Below the pieces are notes generated by a model. It was not told the origin of the DNA. It searched no databases and was given only the letters and a program-made list of their open reading frames with translations. This document shows positions 39,848 to 49,347 of a stretch of 64,000 bases of DNA, piece by piece. The first letter of the stretch is position 1, and the number at the start of each line of letters is the position of its first letter. A program made the translations under genes and the position numbers. Source of the stretch: Candidatus Giovannonibacteria bacterium RIFOXYD1_FULL_48_21 (GTDB lineage Bacteria > Patescibacteriota > Minisyncoccia > JACPKW01 > UBA11713); the NCBI GenBank assembly GCA_001778985.1, contig MFIU01000004.1, positions 67,067 to 131,066 of the forward strand. The letters run 5' to 3'.

Positions 39848-39878
39848 AAAAACACCCCGCAAACTTGCGGAGTGTTTT
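39848..39878 (-). terminator. intrinsic terminator
   Basis: Minus strand AAAACACTCCGCAA-GT-TTGCGGGGTGTTTTT; G-U pair only on minus strand. Confidence 0.75.
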
Positions 39879-39892
39879 ATTAAATACCAATC

Positions 39893-40034
39893 ATCAGGCT
39901 CGGAACCATTTAGGAATAATGCAGACCTAGAAACAGTGCTTAGAGGAGAGAGATTTTTTCTCCATCCGCCATACAGCAATGAAGATATCTCACACTGCCG
40001 CCAGACCTGATCTTAAATGGCTCACGAGCCTGAT
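39893..40034 (-). ncRNA. candidate structured ncRNA (6S-like rod)
   Basis: ATCAGGCTCG/CGAGCCTGAT and CCATTTA/TAAATGG closing stems, inner CAGTG/CACTG stem; upstream of the terminator. Confidence 0.45.
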
Positions 40035-40112
40035 AACGACTATTCAATTTTTTACTTCTAACCTCGTCTCGACCCATTGATTTTACGTCGGCAGCACACT
40101 ATCATAACCTAT

Positions 40113-40367
40113 ATGAACTCTTATACCTACCGAATAATAATAGAGCCGGATGAGAACAACACTTTTCACGCCTATGTTCCGGCGCTTCCTGGTTGCCATA
40201 CTTGGGGAGAAAGTTTTGAGGAAGCGCGTGGGAATATCCGCGATGCCATTGACGTTTACATCAGAAGCCTCACAAAAGACGGCGAGAAAATTCCTATAGA
40301 TCGCGGCGTAGAGATCGTGGAAACTATCTCTGCTTCCCGGCACAGAAAATCTTTTTCCCGTGTCTAA
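40113..40367 (+). CDS. HicB family antitoxin
   Basis: VPALPGCHTWGESFEEA..NIRDAI. Confidence 0.9.
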   Translation: MNSYTYRIIIEPDENNTFHAYVPALPGCHTWGESFEEARGNIRDAIDVYIRSLTKDGEKIPIDRGVEIVETISASRHRKSFSRV

Positions 40368-40593
40368 ACTTCCCCAGATTAAAGACCGGGAGTTGATCCG
40401 AGCGTTAAAGAAACTCGGATTTTTTGAGCATCCGGAACGCGGCAGTTCTCATTTGGTCTTTGCACATCAAGACGGAAGACGCGCCACCGTGTCTCGCCAT
40501 CCAGGCAAAAACATTCCCAGAGGCACTCTCCGCGCCATCATGCGCGACATCAATATTTCTCCTCAAGAATTCACCAGACTTTTGAAGCAGTAA
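40360..40593 (+). CDS. HicA family toxin
   Basis: LKKLGF...GSSH...H.G..I.RGTL. Confidence 0.9.
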   Translation: MSKLPQIKDRELIRALKKLGFFEHPERGSSHLVFAHQDGRRATVSRHPGKNIPRGTLRAIMRDINISPQEFTRLLKQ

Positions 40594-40727
40594 TTTTTCT
40601 CAAAGAACTCTCAGAGTCCTCGAGATTTCTCAAGAACTCAATCGAGTGGGGGAAGATATTGAGTCCTCCCCCCTCTAAAGTTTGAGATTGATTTCCTTCA
40701 CTACACTGTTATATTATGGGTACAGGC

Positions 40728-40890
40728 ATGGAAAGATTCAGCTCACCCTTTGGAATTATAGAACTGACTTCTGATTTTTTATTCACCTGTCCCGGGCAAG
40801 AAATATCTCGCCATAGTCGTAAAGATAAACCGCCGAAATTTTATCCTAACCGCTTACGTTACCAATAAAATTCAACATCTGCCGCTATGA
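40728..40890 (+). pseudogene. toxin remnant (DUF4258/RelE-like), deleted and frameshifted
   Basis: N-terminus MERFSSPFGIIELT, and in another frame KKYLAIVVK...FILTAY...* ending in ATGA overlap with the DUF2283 gene. Confidence 0.55.
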
Positions 40891-41114
40891 AACTCCATTA
40901 TTATTACGACCGAGAAGCAGACGTACTCTATTTCTCGCAAGGGAAGCCGTCCCGGAAAGACATCTCTGAAGAAGCGTCTGACGACGTGGTGCTTCGTCTT
41001 GACCCCAGAACCAAAAAGGTAAAAGGATTTACTATCCTCAATTTCGCCAAACGAGGCGCGAAGAAATACGCGCCGCTCTCGTTGCCTATCAAAGCCGAAC
41101 TCTTGCCGGCTTGA
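40887..41114 (+). CDS. DUF2283 family antitoxin
   Basis: YYDREADVLY...V.RLD....V.GFTILN. Confidence 0.85.
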   Translation: MKLHYYYDREADVLYFSQGKPSRKDISEEASDDVVLRLDPRTKKVKGFTILNFAKRGAKKYAPLSLPIKAELLPA

Positions 41115-41390
41115 CTTAATTTTTCTCAAAGAACTTTCGACTCGTTTTTGCGAATCGAGATGAGATTACAAGTTTTTGCTTTTAACCTCGTCTCGACCCG
41201 CCCGCCAGAGGCGGGTAAATAGGTCGAGGTCACTCATATATATTTTAAGATTCGCCTTGGAACTCTCTCCTCTAGAGTTGGAGAGAATTATGGAGATGAG
41301 TTCTTGAGTGAACCTGCGGGCCAATATATATTATTTGATTCCTCATTAAAAAGAAAATTCCGCGCGCGCCCACTTGTTGACTTTTCCTAA

Positions 41391-41464
41391 TGGTGCGGGA
41401 TACGAGAATTGAACTCGTGTCTCTTGCTTGGGAAGCAAGCATATTACCACTATACTAATCCCGC
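41391..41464 (-). tRNA. tRNA-Gly(CCC)
   Basis: GCGGGAT acceptor, CTTGC-TT-CCC-AA-GCAAG, ACCA end. Confidence 0.96.
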
Positions 41465-41519
41465 CTTCGGTCGCCGTAGCGACCTTCGGCGGGCAAGCCC
41501 GCTGGGTCGCGAAGGCGAC
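41465..41519. repeat. REP-like hairpin cluster
   Basis: CTTCGGTCGC-CGTA-GCGACCTTCGGCGGGCAAG... nested hairpins upstream of tRNA-Gly. Confidence 0.5.
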
Positions 41520-42055
41520 TAATACCTTCTCTGCACCTCTCCGTCTTCCCATTTCCAGCGGGGAAGGTATATGGAGATTCTAGCTGCGCTCAAAGATTTT
41601 TCAAGCCACTGGTCCGGTTCGATATTTTCTTTCTGAAATTCCTCCATTATCAGAAGGCGGCGGGACTGCGGATAGAGTATAAATTTTTTAAAATCATCCA
41701 GCGACCAGTCGTAAAGCCGGGCTACGGCGTCTTCAAGATTTGATAATTCCTCATCGCTTACCGTGGAGCGAATAAGCTTCTGGACATCTTCCTCTCCTCT
41801 GCCCCTTAATTTGAGCTCTTTTTGAATCAAAGTATTTTCGATAAAGGCCAGAATAACTCCTTTTTCAATATCCAAATCTGAAATATTTTCTTTACTTAAT
41901 TCCCGGAACTGCTTCAACCCGGCCCTATTCTTAGAAAAATCCCTCCAGAAAAGACTCTCCCCCTCAACTCTCACGACCGGCAGAAAGGAACGAGTAAAAA
42001 TAAAAAGGGCTGAAAGTATAATTATAATCAGGAGTAGGACCGAGAGATTCTTCAT
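41519..42055 (-). CDS. membrane-anchored protein, SurA N-terminal-like
   Basis: N-terminal TM; helical domain LAFIENTLIQKEL. Confidence 0.55.
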   Translation of the reverse strand: MKNLSVLLLIIIILSALFIFTRSFLPVVRVEGESLFWRDFSKNRAGLKQFRELSKENISDLDIEKGVILAFIENTLIQKELKLRGRGEEDVQKLIRSTVSDEELSNLEDAVARLYDWSLDDFKKFILYPQSRRLLIMEEFQKENIEPDQWLEKSLSAARISIYLPRWKWEDGEVQRRY

Positions 42056-42432
42056 TGGAAAATATTCTTTATAAACTCCCACGCACGGCGGTAAGGAGGG
42101 CTCGTTATCGAATCTTTTTCTTCCGTCTTCGGCTCCACAATCACTAAAACTTTTTCATCCGGAGCGGTGATGGTAAAACGTTCTTTGGCTTCTTTTTCTC
42201 TCTCTTCCGGGTTTTCCAAAGTTTTAATCTTCCCCTCGAGCCTTTCTTTCTGGGCCAGAAGCTCCTGATATTCTTTCTCCAGTTCCAGGCGCGCCTGATA
42301 AGCCTGCCAGGCGCGAAGGGTCATCCGGAAAGAAGCGACCAGCAAAAAAAGGACCAAAACCATCAGAAAAAAAAGAATCGGCCGAGAGCTTAAAAAACGC
42401 TGAATTTTTTTTCGTTCTTGATAAACCCGCAT
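42052..42432 (-). CDS. septum formation initiator (FtsB/DivIC-like)
   Basis: TM, coiled coil, EKEAKERF...PDEKV. Confidence 0.75.
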   Translation of the reverse strand: MRVYQERKKIQRFLSSRPILFFLMVLVLFLLVASFRMTLRAWQAYQARLELEKEYQELLAQKERLEGKIKTLENPEEREKEAKERFTITAPDEKVLVIVEPKTEEKDSITSPPYRRAWEFIKNIFQ

Positions 42433-42452
42433 AATTCGGTTAAAATTTTTTA

Positions 42453-42557
42453 ATGGCGACTCAACGTCAGAAACGCCGCAACCAATTCATCTGGACCGCC
42501 ATCACCATTGTAGCGGTTTTGAGTATGATTGTTTATCTTCTGATTCCGCTGATTTAA
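42453..42557 (+). CDS. 34-aa single-TM peptide
   Basis: MATQRQKRRNQFIWTAITIVAVLSMIVYLLIPLI; TAAAAT 6 nt before ATG. Confidence 0.6.
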   Translation: MATQRQKRRNQFIWTAITIVAVLSMIVYLLIPLI

Positions 42558-42654
42558 ATTCGCTCGCACTTGAATTAGGTAAAGAAAAAGCCGCGTTGGT
42601 TACCCAAGGGCTTTTCCTTTCGCCAGATATGGAAGCGACGTGAGGTTCTCTGGC

Positions 42655-43131
42655 TTAACCCCACGGTTTGAGGTCGGTGTACTGCATGGCCTTAATCCAA
42701 TCATCCGCTTCGGGAAAGTCAGGAATATTCATGAGGGGTCCCTTTGCGACTGGAGAGGTCATGAGTGCCCACCGTTTCTGGAGCAGACGACGTAGAAAGG
42801 TATTGAAGATATTCTTCTTCGGATTCGGCTTCCCATAATGGGATACCGTCTCGTGGAAGAAACGCTTCACGATTTCCGCCATCTGGGGAATTGTCAGGCC
42901 GAGTTGAAGCCTGACCTTCTCGCCGATCGTCATACTATCAGCCCTTGTGGCTGGTGTTATGACGACTTCCAGATTCAGATAGTAAAGAGTCTTCGGCGTT
43001 TCCCAACCAGGCCCACCGCCTCCACCTCCGAACGTAATATGGGACTCCGGAAGTGAGTCATAGCAGTGGTCCGGCACGGCCATGAATTCCTCAAACCCGA
43101 TCTCCTTGCCAGCATTAGTATTAGCCTCCAT
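42655..43131 (-). CDS. hypothetical protein
   Basis: 158-aa ORF with AAGGAGG SD. Confidence 0.6.
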   Translation of the reverse strand: MEANTNAGKEIGFEEFMAVPDHCYDSLPESHITFGGGGGGPGWETPKTLYYLNLEVVITPATRADSMTIGEKVRLQLGLTIPQMAEIVKRFFHETVSHYGKPNPKKNIFNTFLRRLLQKRWALMTSPVAKGPLMNIPDFPEADDWIKAMQYTDLKPWG

Positions 43132-43316
43132 GACATCCTCCTTTCTTGTCTCGAGCCTGCCTTTCGGTCAGGATAGTGGCCAAGCCACTGCTTGTGAGAC
43201 TGAGGCGAAACAGTGAAGGTACTAATATCCATACAAAATAGCATAAATAAACAAATATGTCAATACTTTAGAAGAAATCAAAAAACCCTTACGTTACAAG
43301 GATTTTTATACAAAAA

Positions 43317-45107
43317 CTACTTTTTTAACATTTTGATGAACGCTTCCGCGGGGATGGAATAGCGGCTTTCGGCTTGGAGGCGTTTTTTGCCGGCTTTCTG
43401 CTTTTTCCAGAGCTTCATTTTGCGCGAGCGGTCGCCGCCGTAAAGATAACCCGTCACGTCTTTTCGCAAAGCCTTGAGGGTTCTGGAAGCCAAGATTCTG
43501 CCAAGAGCTTTGGCCTGAATTTTGAGCGCGAACAAAGCCGGCGGCAGTATTTTATGCAATTTTTCAACCGCGCGCTCGGCTTCTTCTCGAACCCGCGCCT
43601 TTGGAACGATTCTGGAAAAAGCCGGTTGGACCTCTTGGGCTACCAAAACATCAAGCCGCACCAGGTCCCCGGGGCGCATCTCCAAAAATTCATAATTCAG
43701 CGAGGCGTAGCCCTGGGAAACGCTTTTTAATTCGTCAAAAAAATCCCGCATCAGTTCGCGCAAGGGCATTTCGGCTTCGAGCTTTATTCTGGATTCGGAA
43801 AACTGATGTGTATCTCCTACTGCGGCTTCATGTTCTTTCAGAAGTTTTAAAACCGGGGATATTTTCCCGGGCGGCATTAAAATTTCCAGCTTAAGCCACG
43901 GTTCCATAACTTTAACCAGCTCGCCCTCGTCAGGAAATTTATGCGGCGAATAGATTTCCATTTTTTTCTCTCTGGTCTGGACGAGATATCTGACGGTAGG
44001 CGTGGCCACAACAGTCTCGACGTTAAAATCCCGCTTGAGCCGCTCCACTACAATCTCCAAATGCAGCATGCCCAAAAAACCGGCACGAAATCCCCGGCCC
44101 AAAACTCCGGCGGATTCTTCTTCAAAAAACAGGGAGGCGTCGGAAAGTTTTAATCTCTCAAGGGCCCGGCGAAGCTCCTCAAAATCATCTTGACTCTCAG
44201 GATAGAGACTCGAAAAAACCACGGGCTTAACCTCGCGATAGCCCGCCAAAGGCTCGCCGACCTGACCAAGAATAGTATCTCCTGTCCGTACAACACGCGC
44301 TTCTTTTATATTCGTAACCACGTAGCCAATCTCGCCGTTGGAGAGCTTCTCGGCCGGCTCCAGTTCCGGCTTGAAAAAACCAACCTCCCCAACCACAAAA
44401 TTTTCTTTGGCTTGAAACAGCTTGAGCCTGTCTCCTTTTTTGAGCTCGCCGTCGAACACCCGGATATGCGCAATAACCCCGCGGTGAAGCGAATAATCAA
44501 AATCAAAGATTAAAGCCCGGCATTCTTCGCGAGCTCCCTTTGGTTCCGGGAAGCGCTTAACGATTTCTTCCAAAAGTTTTTCCACTCCCTCGCCGGTTCT
44601 GGCGGAAACTTTTAAAATATCTTCGTTCTCGCACCCCAAAAGATTTTTGAGCTCCTCGCTGGTTTCTTTAATCCTCGCCTGCGCGAGGTCAATTTTGTTT
44701 ATGACCGGAAGTATGACCAAGTTAAGCGCCTTCGCCAACTCCACGTTGGACAAAGTCTGCGCCTCGACCCCTTGGGTGGCGTCCACCAATAAAACCGCGC
44801 CTTCCACCGCGGCCAAAGCCCTAGAAACTTCATATGAAAAATCAACGTGGCCTGGAGTATCTATCAAGTTCAGAACGTATTCCCGTCCTTCGCTTTGCTC
44901 AGGACCTCCAGGATGCCAAAGCATCCTCACGGGCTGCATTTTTATGGTAATTCCGCGCTCCCGCTCCAAGGGCATCTGGTCCAAATACTGCTCGCGCATT
45001 TTCCGGGCTTCCACGGTTTTCGTAATCTCCAGCATCCGATCCGCCAGAGTGGACTTCCCGTGGTCAATATGAGCGATGATGGAAAAATTGCGAATATTGC
45101 GTTCCAT
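43317..45107 (-). CDS. lepA: elongation factor 4
   Basis: IRNFSIIAHIDHGKSTLADR, GFLGMLH, YGGDRSRK. Confidence 0.98.
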   Translation of the reverse strand: MERNIRNFSIIAHIDHGKSTLADRMLEITKTVEARKMREQYLDQMPLERERGITIKMQPVRMLWHPGGPEQSEGREYVLNLIDTPGHVDFSYEVSRALAAVEGAVLLVDATQGVEAQTLSNVELAKALNLVILPVINKIDLAQARIKETSEELKNLLGCENEDILKVSARTGEGVEKLLEEIVKRFPEPKGAREECRALIFDFDYSLHRGVIAHIRVFDGELKKGDRLKLFQAKENFVVGEVGFFKPELEPAEKLSNGEIGYVVTNIKEARVVRTGDTILGQVGEPLAGYREVKPVVFSSLYPESQDDFEELRRALERLKLSDASLFFEEESAGVLGRGFRAGFLGMLHLEIVVERLKRDFNVETVVATPTVRYLVQTREKKMEIYSPHKFPDEGELVKVMEPWLKLEILMPPGKISPVLKLLKEHEAAVGDTHQFSESRIKLEAEMPLRELMRDFFDELKSVSQGYASLNYEFLEMRPGDLVRLDVLVAQEVQPAFSRIVPKARVREEAERAVEKLHKILPPALFALKIQAKALGRILASRTLKALRKDVTGYLYGGDRSRKMKLWKKQKAGKKRLQAESRYSIPAEAFIKMLKK

Positions 45108-45110
45108 GCT

Positions 45111-46796
45111 CTAAGGCAGTTTCTCGGGCTCTGAGAAGAGGACGAAAATTTTCTTCCAGAATTTTTCGCGAAAGGCTTCGGCGAACTCCTTAAATTCCTG
45201 GTTTTTGAGAAAAAACAGAACCAAAGCGCCGGCAAAAATTCCCAAAATACCGGCCGAAAAACCCTGCAGAAAAATTCCCAAAAAAGTATCCAAGTCGAAA
45301 ATTAAGGCAAAGAACTTAAGGCTGTAATAAGCCGCCAGCCCCAAAATAAAGCTCGCGAGAAAAGAATCCCGCCAGGAATATTTAATCGCCTCTCCGTCAA
45401 AACGGCCGAAATTCTTTTTAAAATACCAGAGCAAGAGAATCAAGTTGACTAAACTTCCCAAGGAGATCGCCAGCGGCAAAATCAAAACTCCGCTCTCGGC
45501 AATGTCTCCGACTCTCAAAGTTCTCAAAAACCAACTATGGAAAGCAGCCGAGGTTTGGAACAGACCCAAAAACCACCAAGCCGAAGCCACCGTAGCCGCG
45601 GAGGAAATCAAATTGAGGCCCACGGGCAGAAAGGTGTGGCCGGCGGCGTAAAAGGCACGGATGAAAAGCATAATCAGACTTTGGGAAAGAATTGAAAACG
45701 AGAATAAAAATAAGGCGGCGGCCGTGAGCCTGGTGTCCGCCCAGGTGAAAGCGCCCGCGCCCAGAATGACCCGCACGATCTGGGCCCTTAAAACGATGAA
45801 AAGCACGGTGGCCGGCAAAGACCAGAAAACAATATGCCGAAAAGCCAGAGAAAAATGTTCCAGAAATTCACTCCGGCCGTTTTTCGCGTATGAAGCCGCG
45901 AGGGTAGGGAAAGCCGAAACCGCGTAGGAAAGACCGATGACCGACAAGGGAACGGATTGCAGATTGGTCGCGAAATTAAAAACCGCCACCGCGCCCGCGC
46001 CCAAGGTACTTCCCAGAGCCGTGACGGCGCTTAAAACCAGCTGATTCAAAGAAAGGCCGAGGGTCCGCGGCAAAGAAAGTTTTAAGGAGCGGATAAGTTC
46101 CGGAGAGATTTTCGGGAGGCGCGGCCTTAAAGAGAACCCTAGGGAAAAAACTGTCGGCAGCTGAATAACCAGATGCAAAAACGCGCCAAAGACCACCCCC
46201 CAGACAATTCCGGAAAGTCCCCAGCGCGGCAGGAAAAAAATTATGCCGATTATAATTCCGAGATTGTAGAAAAGAGGAGAGAGGGCATAAATATAAAAAC
46301 GCCGAAAGGACTGAATCACCGAAGAGACTAAATTGGAAAGACCCAAAAACAGAGGCGAGAGCAATAAAATTCTGGAGAGCAAAATTACCCTTCCTTGCTC
46401 CTCGGCCGAAAACCCGGGCGCAAAATACGGCACCAAAAAAGGCATCAAAAAATAGGCCAAGACGACCAGGAGCACGGTGACGAGTCCAAAGAGCGAGAAA
46501 ATATTTCCGAAAAAATCTTCTGCCCCTTTCCGGTCTTCTGAAAATTTTTCCAAAAGAATCGGAATCACGGCGGTGGAGGCCGCGAAGAAAAGCGAGAAAG
46601 TATAAATAAAATCAGGAATCCTAAAGGCGACATAATATAAATCCAGGGTTCGGGAAGCTCCGAATTCCGACGCCAAGAGCCGGTCGCGAAAAAGCGACAA
46701 GAGGTCCGCCAAAATTCCGGCGGCGGCCAAAACGAAAGCGCCCTGCGTCACGCTTTTAAGTTCGCTTCCGAAAAAAGAAAAGAAATTGTAAACCAT
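45111..46796 (-). CDS. murJ: lipid II flippase MurJ
   Basis: RDRLLA..FGA...D.Y..AFRIPD; many TMs. Confidence 0.93.
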   Translation of the reverse strand: MVYNFFSFFGSELKSVTQGAFVLAAAGILADLLSLFRDRLLASEFGASRTLDLYYVAFRIPDFIYTFSLFFAASTAVIPILLEKFSEDRKGAEDFFGNIFSLFGLVTVLLVVLAYFLMPFLVPYFAPGFSAEEQGRVILLSRILLLSPLFLGLSNLVSSVIQSFRRFYIYALSPLFYNLGIIIGIIFFLPRWGLSGIVWGVVFGAFLHLVIQLPTVFSLGFSLRPRLPKISPELIRSLKLSLPRTLGLSLNQLVLSAVTALGSTLGAGAVAVFNFATNLQSVPLSVIGLSYAVSAFPTLAASYAKNGRSEFLEHFSLAFRHIVFWSLPATVLFIVLRAQIVRVILGAGAFTWADTRLTAAALFLFSFSILSQSLIMLFIRAFYAAGHTFLPVGLNLISSAATVASAWWFLGLFQTSAAFHSWFLRTLRVGDIAESGVLILPLAISLGSLVNLILLLWYFKKNFGRFDGEAIKYSWRDSFLASFILGLAAYYSLKFFALIFDLDTFLGIFLQGFSAGILGIFAGALVLFFLKNQEFKEFAEAFREKFWKKIFVLFSEPEKLP

Positions 46797-46799
46797 TTT

Positions 46800-49088
46800 T
46801 TATTCCCCCACCGGAGGCTTGCTTCGTTTCTCCGGCGCCGGTCCGGGCGGAGCAATCGAAAAAAGAGGGTCTCGGCCGGAAAGCAGATTCTGAATAATAG
46901 TTTTAACCTCTTGGTTCGCGGGATTTAACTCGGCGATTTTCTGAAATTCTTCCAAGGCCTTGTCCGGCTGGCGCTCGCGGGCATAGATTAAACCCAAAAA
47001 ATAACGAGCGTTGGAGTAGTTGGAGTTAAGCCCCACGGCCCGTTCCAGCACCAAACGCGCCTCGCTGAAATTTCGGTTTTGGTAATACAAAAGTCCCAGC
47101 TGAAAAAGAGCCCCGATGTCGTCCGGCGCGAGAAGCGCCGTAGTTTCGGCGCTCCCAATCGCCGCCCCGATATTGCCGGCAGCGGCTTCCAGCTGCGCCA
47201 GCAGGAAATGCGCTTCGGCGTAGTCTCGCTTCAAACTAATGGCCTGTTTGAGATACTCTCTTGCCGCCGTGAGATTGTTTTGAGAAATTTCAACTCGGGC
47301 CAGGGCCAGATACGGCTCCGGACTTGAAGGAAACTGCTTCGAGCCCTCGGTATAAGAGTTTTTAGAAAATTCGGCCGCGCCCTGAATCCGAAAGGGTAAG
47401 ACCGCTTCATAGACCCTGCCAAGATTCATCCAGTTCAAAGGGTCTACCGGATTCAAAGCCGTGGCCTCCTGGGCCGCGCGGATAGTCTGGGCCAGAGCAT
47501 TTTGAAACTGAAGCCGAAGTTCTTCCGCTGAAACATCCTGGCGTCCCACAATCTGCTGCAGTCTCGCGAGCCCGGCCGCGGTAAGACTGCGCAAATATAA
47601 ATCGCGCCGGTCCAGATTCAAAGCCCGGTTAAATCCGTCTTCAGCTTCCTCGAGCTTGCCTGCGGCCAGAGCTTGAGTTCCGTCAGCGTAAAGAAGAGCG
47701 GCGTAATATTTCTGCGCCAAAACTGAAAGCCAGGAAACGCCCAGGACCACGAAAAGAATGAGCAAAAGCGCGCCGATAAATCCCGGGCCGGAACGCTCGA
47801 AAAGCGATATTTCCAAATTTTCCGAAACTCCTCTCTGGGCCGCGAGCCTCAAAAAAATACCAGTGAAGAAAAAAGCGAAAAAAATCAAAGAAAACCCGGC
47901 CGAGTACACGAAGGCAAATATCCAGAGGTACAAAGCCGCGATAAAACTAGCCGAAAGAGCGAAAGAAGCCGGGACGGAAAATTTAACGAAAGCTCTAAAC
48001 CCTGACCAAAGAAAAAGCCCCAGAAAGCAGACGAGCGCCAAAGTCCCTACCAGTCCGCTCGTAATCAGCAGGGTGGGAATGAACCCTATGCCGGAATTAA
48101 ATCTGGTCTGCCAAAAAGGAGTGGCGGCGATGTCAGCCGGACGGTGCTTGAACCAGGCATAAAGAAAAGTATTGGGGCCAAAACCAAAGGCTGAACGTTC
48201 TTTGAGCACCTTGGAAGCCACCTCCAGAGTTGAAGCTAAAGAAGGCCTGATTTCAACAAATTGAACCCCAAGATTATTAATAAGTTCCGTCATGAGCGGA
48301 GCGGCAAAAATAAAGAACAAAGAAATTACCAAGGCCGCGAAGGGCGCGCCGGAAAGCGCGCTCATTTCCCGTTTTTGAGAATAGTTATATGCCAAGAAAA
48401 TAATCAGGACCGCGGCCATAATCCACCAAACGAGCGTAAAATTAACCGCGGCCGTCAGTGCCAGGGCCGAAAGAAGCACGACCCCGGCCAAAACTTTCCA
48501 AAAAGAACGGGGCAGGACTTCAAAAAGAATAAGGCTCAAAAGGACCGCGAGTCCGGAAAAAATTCCCAACTCGTTCCAAGAACCGAAAAGATTAAAACTT
48601 GGGTCGCGGCTCATGGAGGCGAGAAGCGGAATCTTAAAAAGAGATTGGGAAAGCTGGAACAGAAAAATCACAAGAAAACTTCCCAAAAGAGCCGAGAGTG
48701 CCCAGAAGACCTTGGATTCTGAGTCAAAGACAGAAAACGCCAGGAACAAGGTCAAGGCAAAAAGAATAAAGGCGCCGAGTGTTCCAACTTCGCTGCCAAG
48801 ACCGAAAAAAGAAACGTGCGGCGAAACGGAAAGAAAGCTGGAGAGGGCCAAAACCGCCAAAAATACCGCCAAAAAAATCCACGCGATACTTTTAGGCACT
48901 ATAATCTTGCCGCTTCGAAGTGCGGAAACAATATGGATAAGACCGATAAGGATAATCAGAAAATAGGCCAAATAACTTTTGTTTAGCGCGACAGGCAAAA
49001 AAGTCTGGGGTAAAACTAAAAGCGGGAAGAAAAAAATAAGCAGATAGAAGAACCAATCCCGGGCTTGTTCGATAGATTTTTCTAGCAT
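46800..49088 (-). CDS. polytopic membrane protein (O-antigen ligase-like) with C-terminal TPRs
   Basis: About 12 TMs, FGFGPNTF motif, TPR tail. Confidence 0.75.
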   Translation of the reverse strand: MLEKSIEQARDWFFYLLIFFFPLLVLPQTFLPVALNKSYLAYFLIILIGLIHIVSALRSGKIIVPKSIAWIFLAVFLAVLALSSFLSVSPHVSFFGLGSEVGTLGAFILFALTLFLAFSVFDSESKVFWALSALLGSFLVIFLFQLSQSLFKIPLLASMSRDPSFNLFGSWNELGIFSGLAVLLSLILFEVLPRSFWKVLAGVVLLSALALTAAVNFTLVWWIMAAVLIIFLAYNYSQKREMSALSGAPFAALVISLFFIFAAPLMTELINNLGVQFVEIRPSLASTLEVASKVLKERSAFGFGPNTFLYAWFKHRPADIAATPFWQTRFNSGIGFIPTLLITSGLVGTLALVCFLGLFLWSGFRAFVKFSVPASFALSASFIAALYLWIFAFVYSAGFSLIFFAFFFTGIFLRLAAQRGVSENLEISLFERSGPGFIGALLLILFVVLGVSWLSVLAQKYYAALLYADGTQALAAGKLEEAEDGFNRALNLDRRDLYLRSLTAAGLARLQQIVGRQDVSAEELRLQFQNALAQTIRAAQEATALNPVDPLNWMNLGRVYEAVLPFRIQGAAEFSKNSYTEGSKQFPSSPEPYLALARVEISQNNLTAAREYLKQAISLKRDYAEAHFLLAQLEAAAGNIGAAIGSAETTALLAPDDIGALFQLGLLYYQNRNFSEARLVLERAVGLNSNYSNARYFLGLIYARERQPDKALEEFQKIAELNPANQEVKTIIQNLLSGRDPLFSIAPPGPAPEKRSKPPVGE

Positions 49089-49110
49089 AGAATTTTATTA
49101 ATTATAGCAT

Positions 49111-49317
49111 ATGGAGAACAATTACCGTCAATACCTGAAAATTAGTCAAGCCGCCCAATTTCTCGGGGTAAGCCGGGAAACGCTTAGGGATTGGGACCGT
49201 TCAAAAAAGCTGAAAGCGTTTAGGCACCCAAAAAACAAGTACCGTCTCTACCAGGTCGGCGAACTTCAAAAATCCAAAGAAAATCACAAAAGGAAATATC
49301 ATAAAATGCAGAAGTAA
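49111..49317 (+). CDS. MerR/excisionase-like HTH protein
   Basis: ISQAAQFLGVSRETLRDWD...RHP.N.YRLY. Confidence 0.85.
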   Translation: MENNYRQYLKISQAAQFLGVSRETLRDWDRSKKLKAFRHPKNKYRLYQVGELQKSKENHKRKYHKMQK

Positions 49318-49347
49318 AATCAACCCCGCATTCTGCGGGGTTGATTT
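49317..49347. terminator. bidirectional terminator
   Basis: AAATCAACCCCGCA-TTC-TGCGGGGTTGATTT. Confidence 0.8.

Noticed and set aside
39836-41340. tmRNA
   Set aside because: No tRNA-Ala-like ends with T-loop and no convincing tag ORF
49111-49317. Excisionase of an integrated element
   Set aside because: No integrase or att repeats nearby; lone HTH gene
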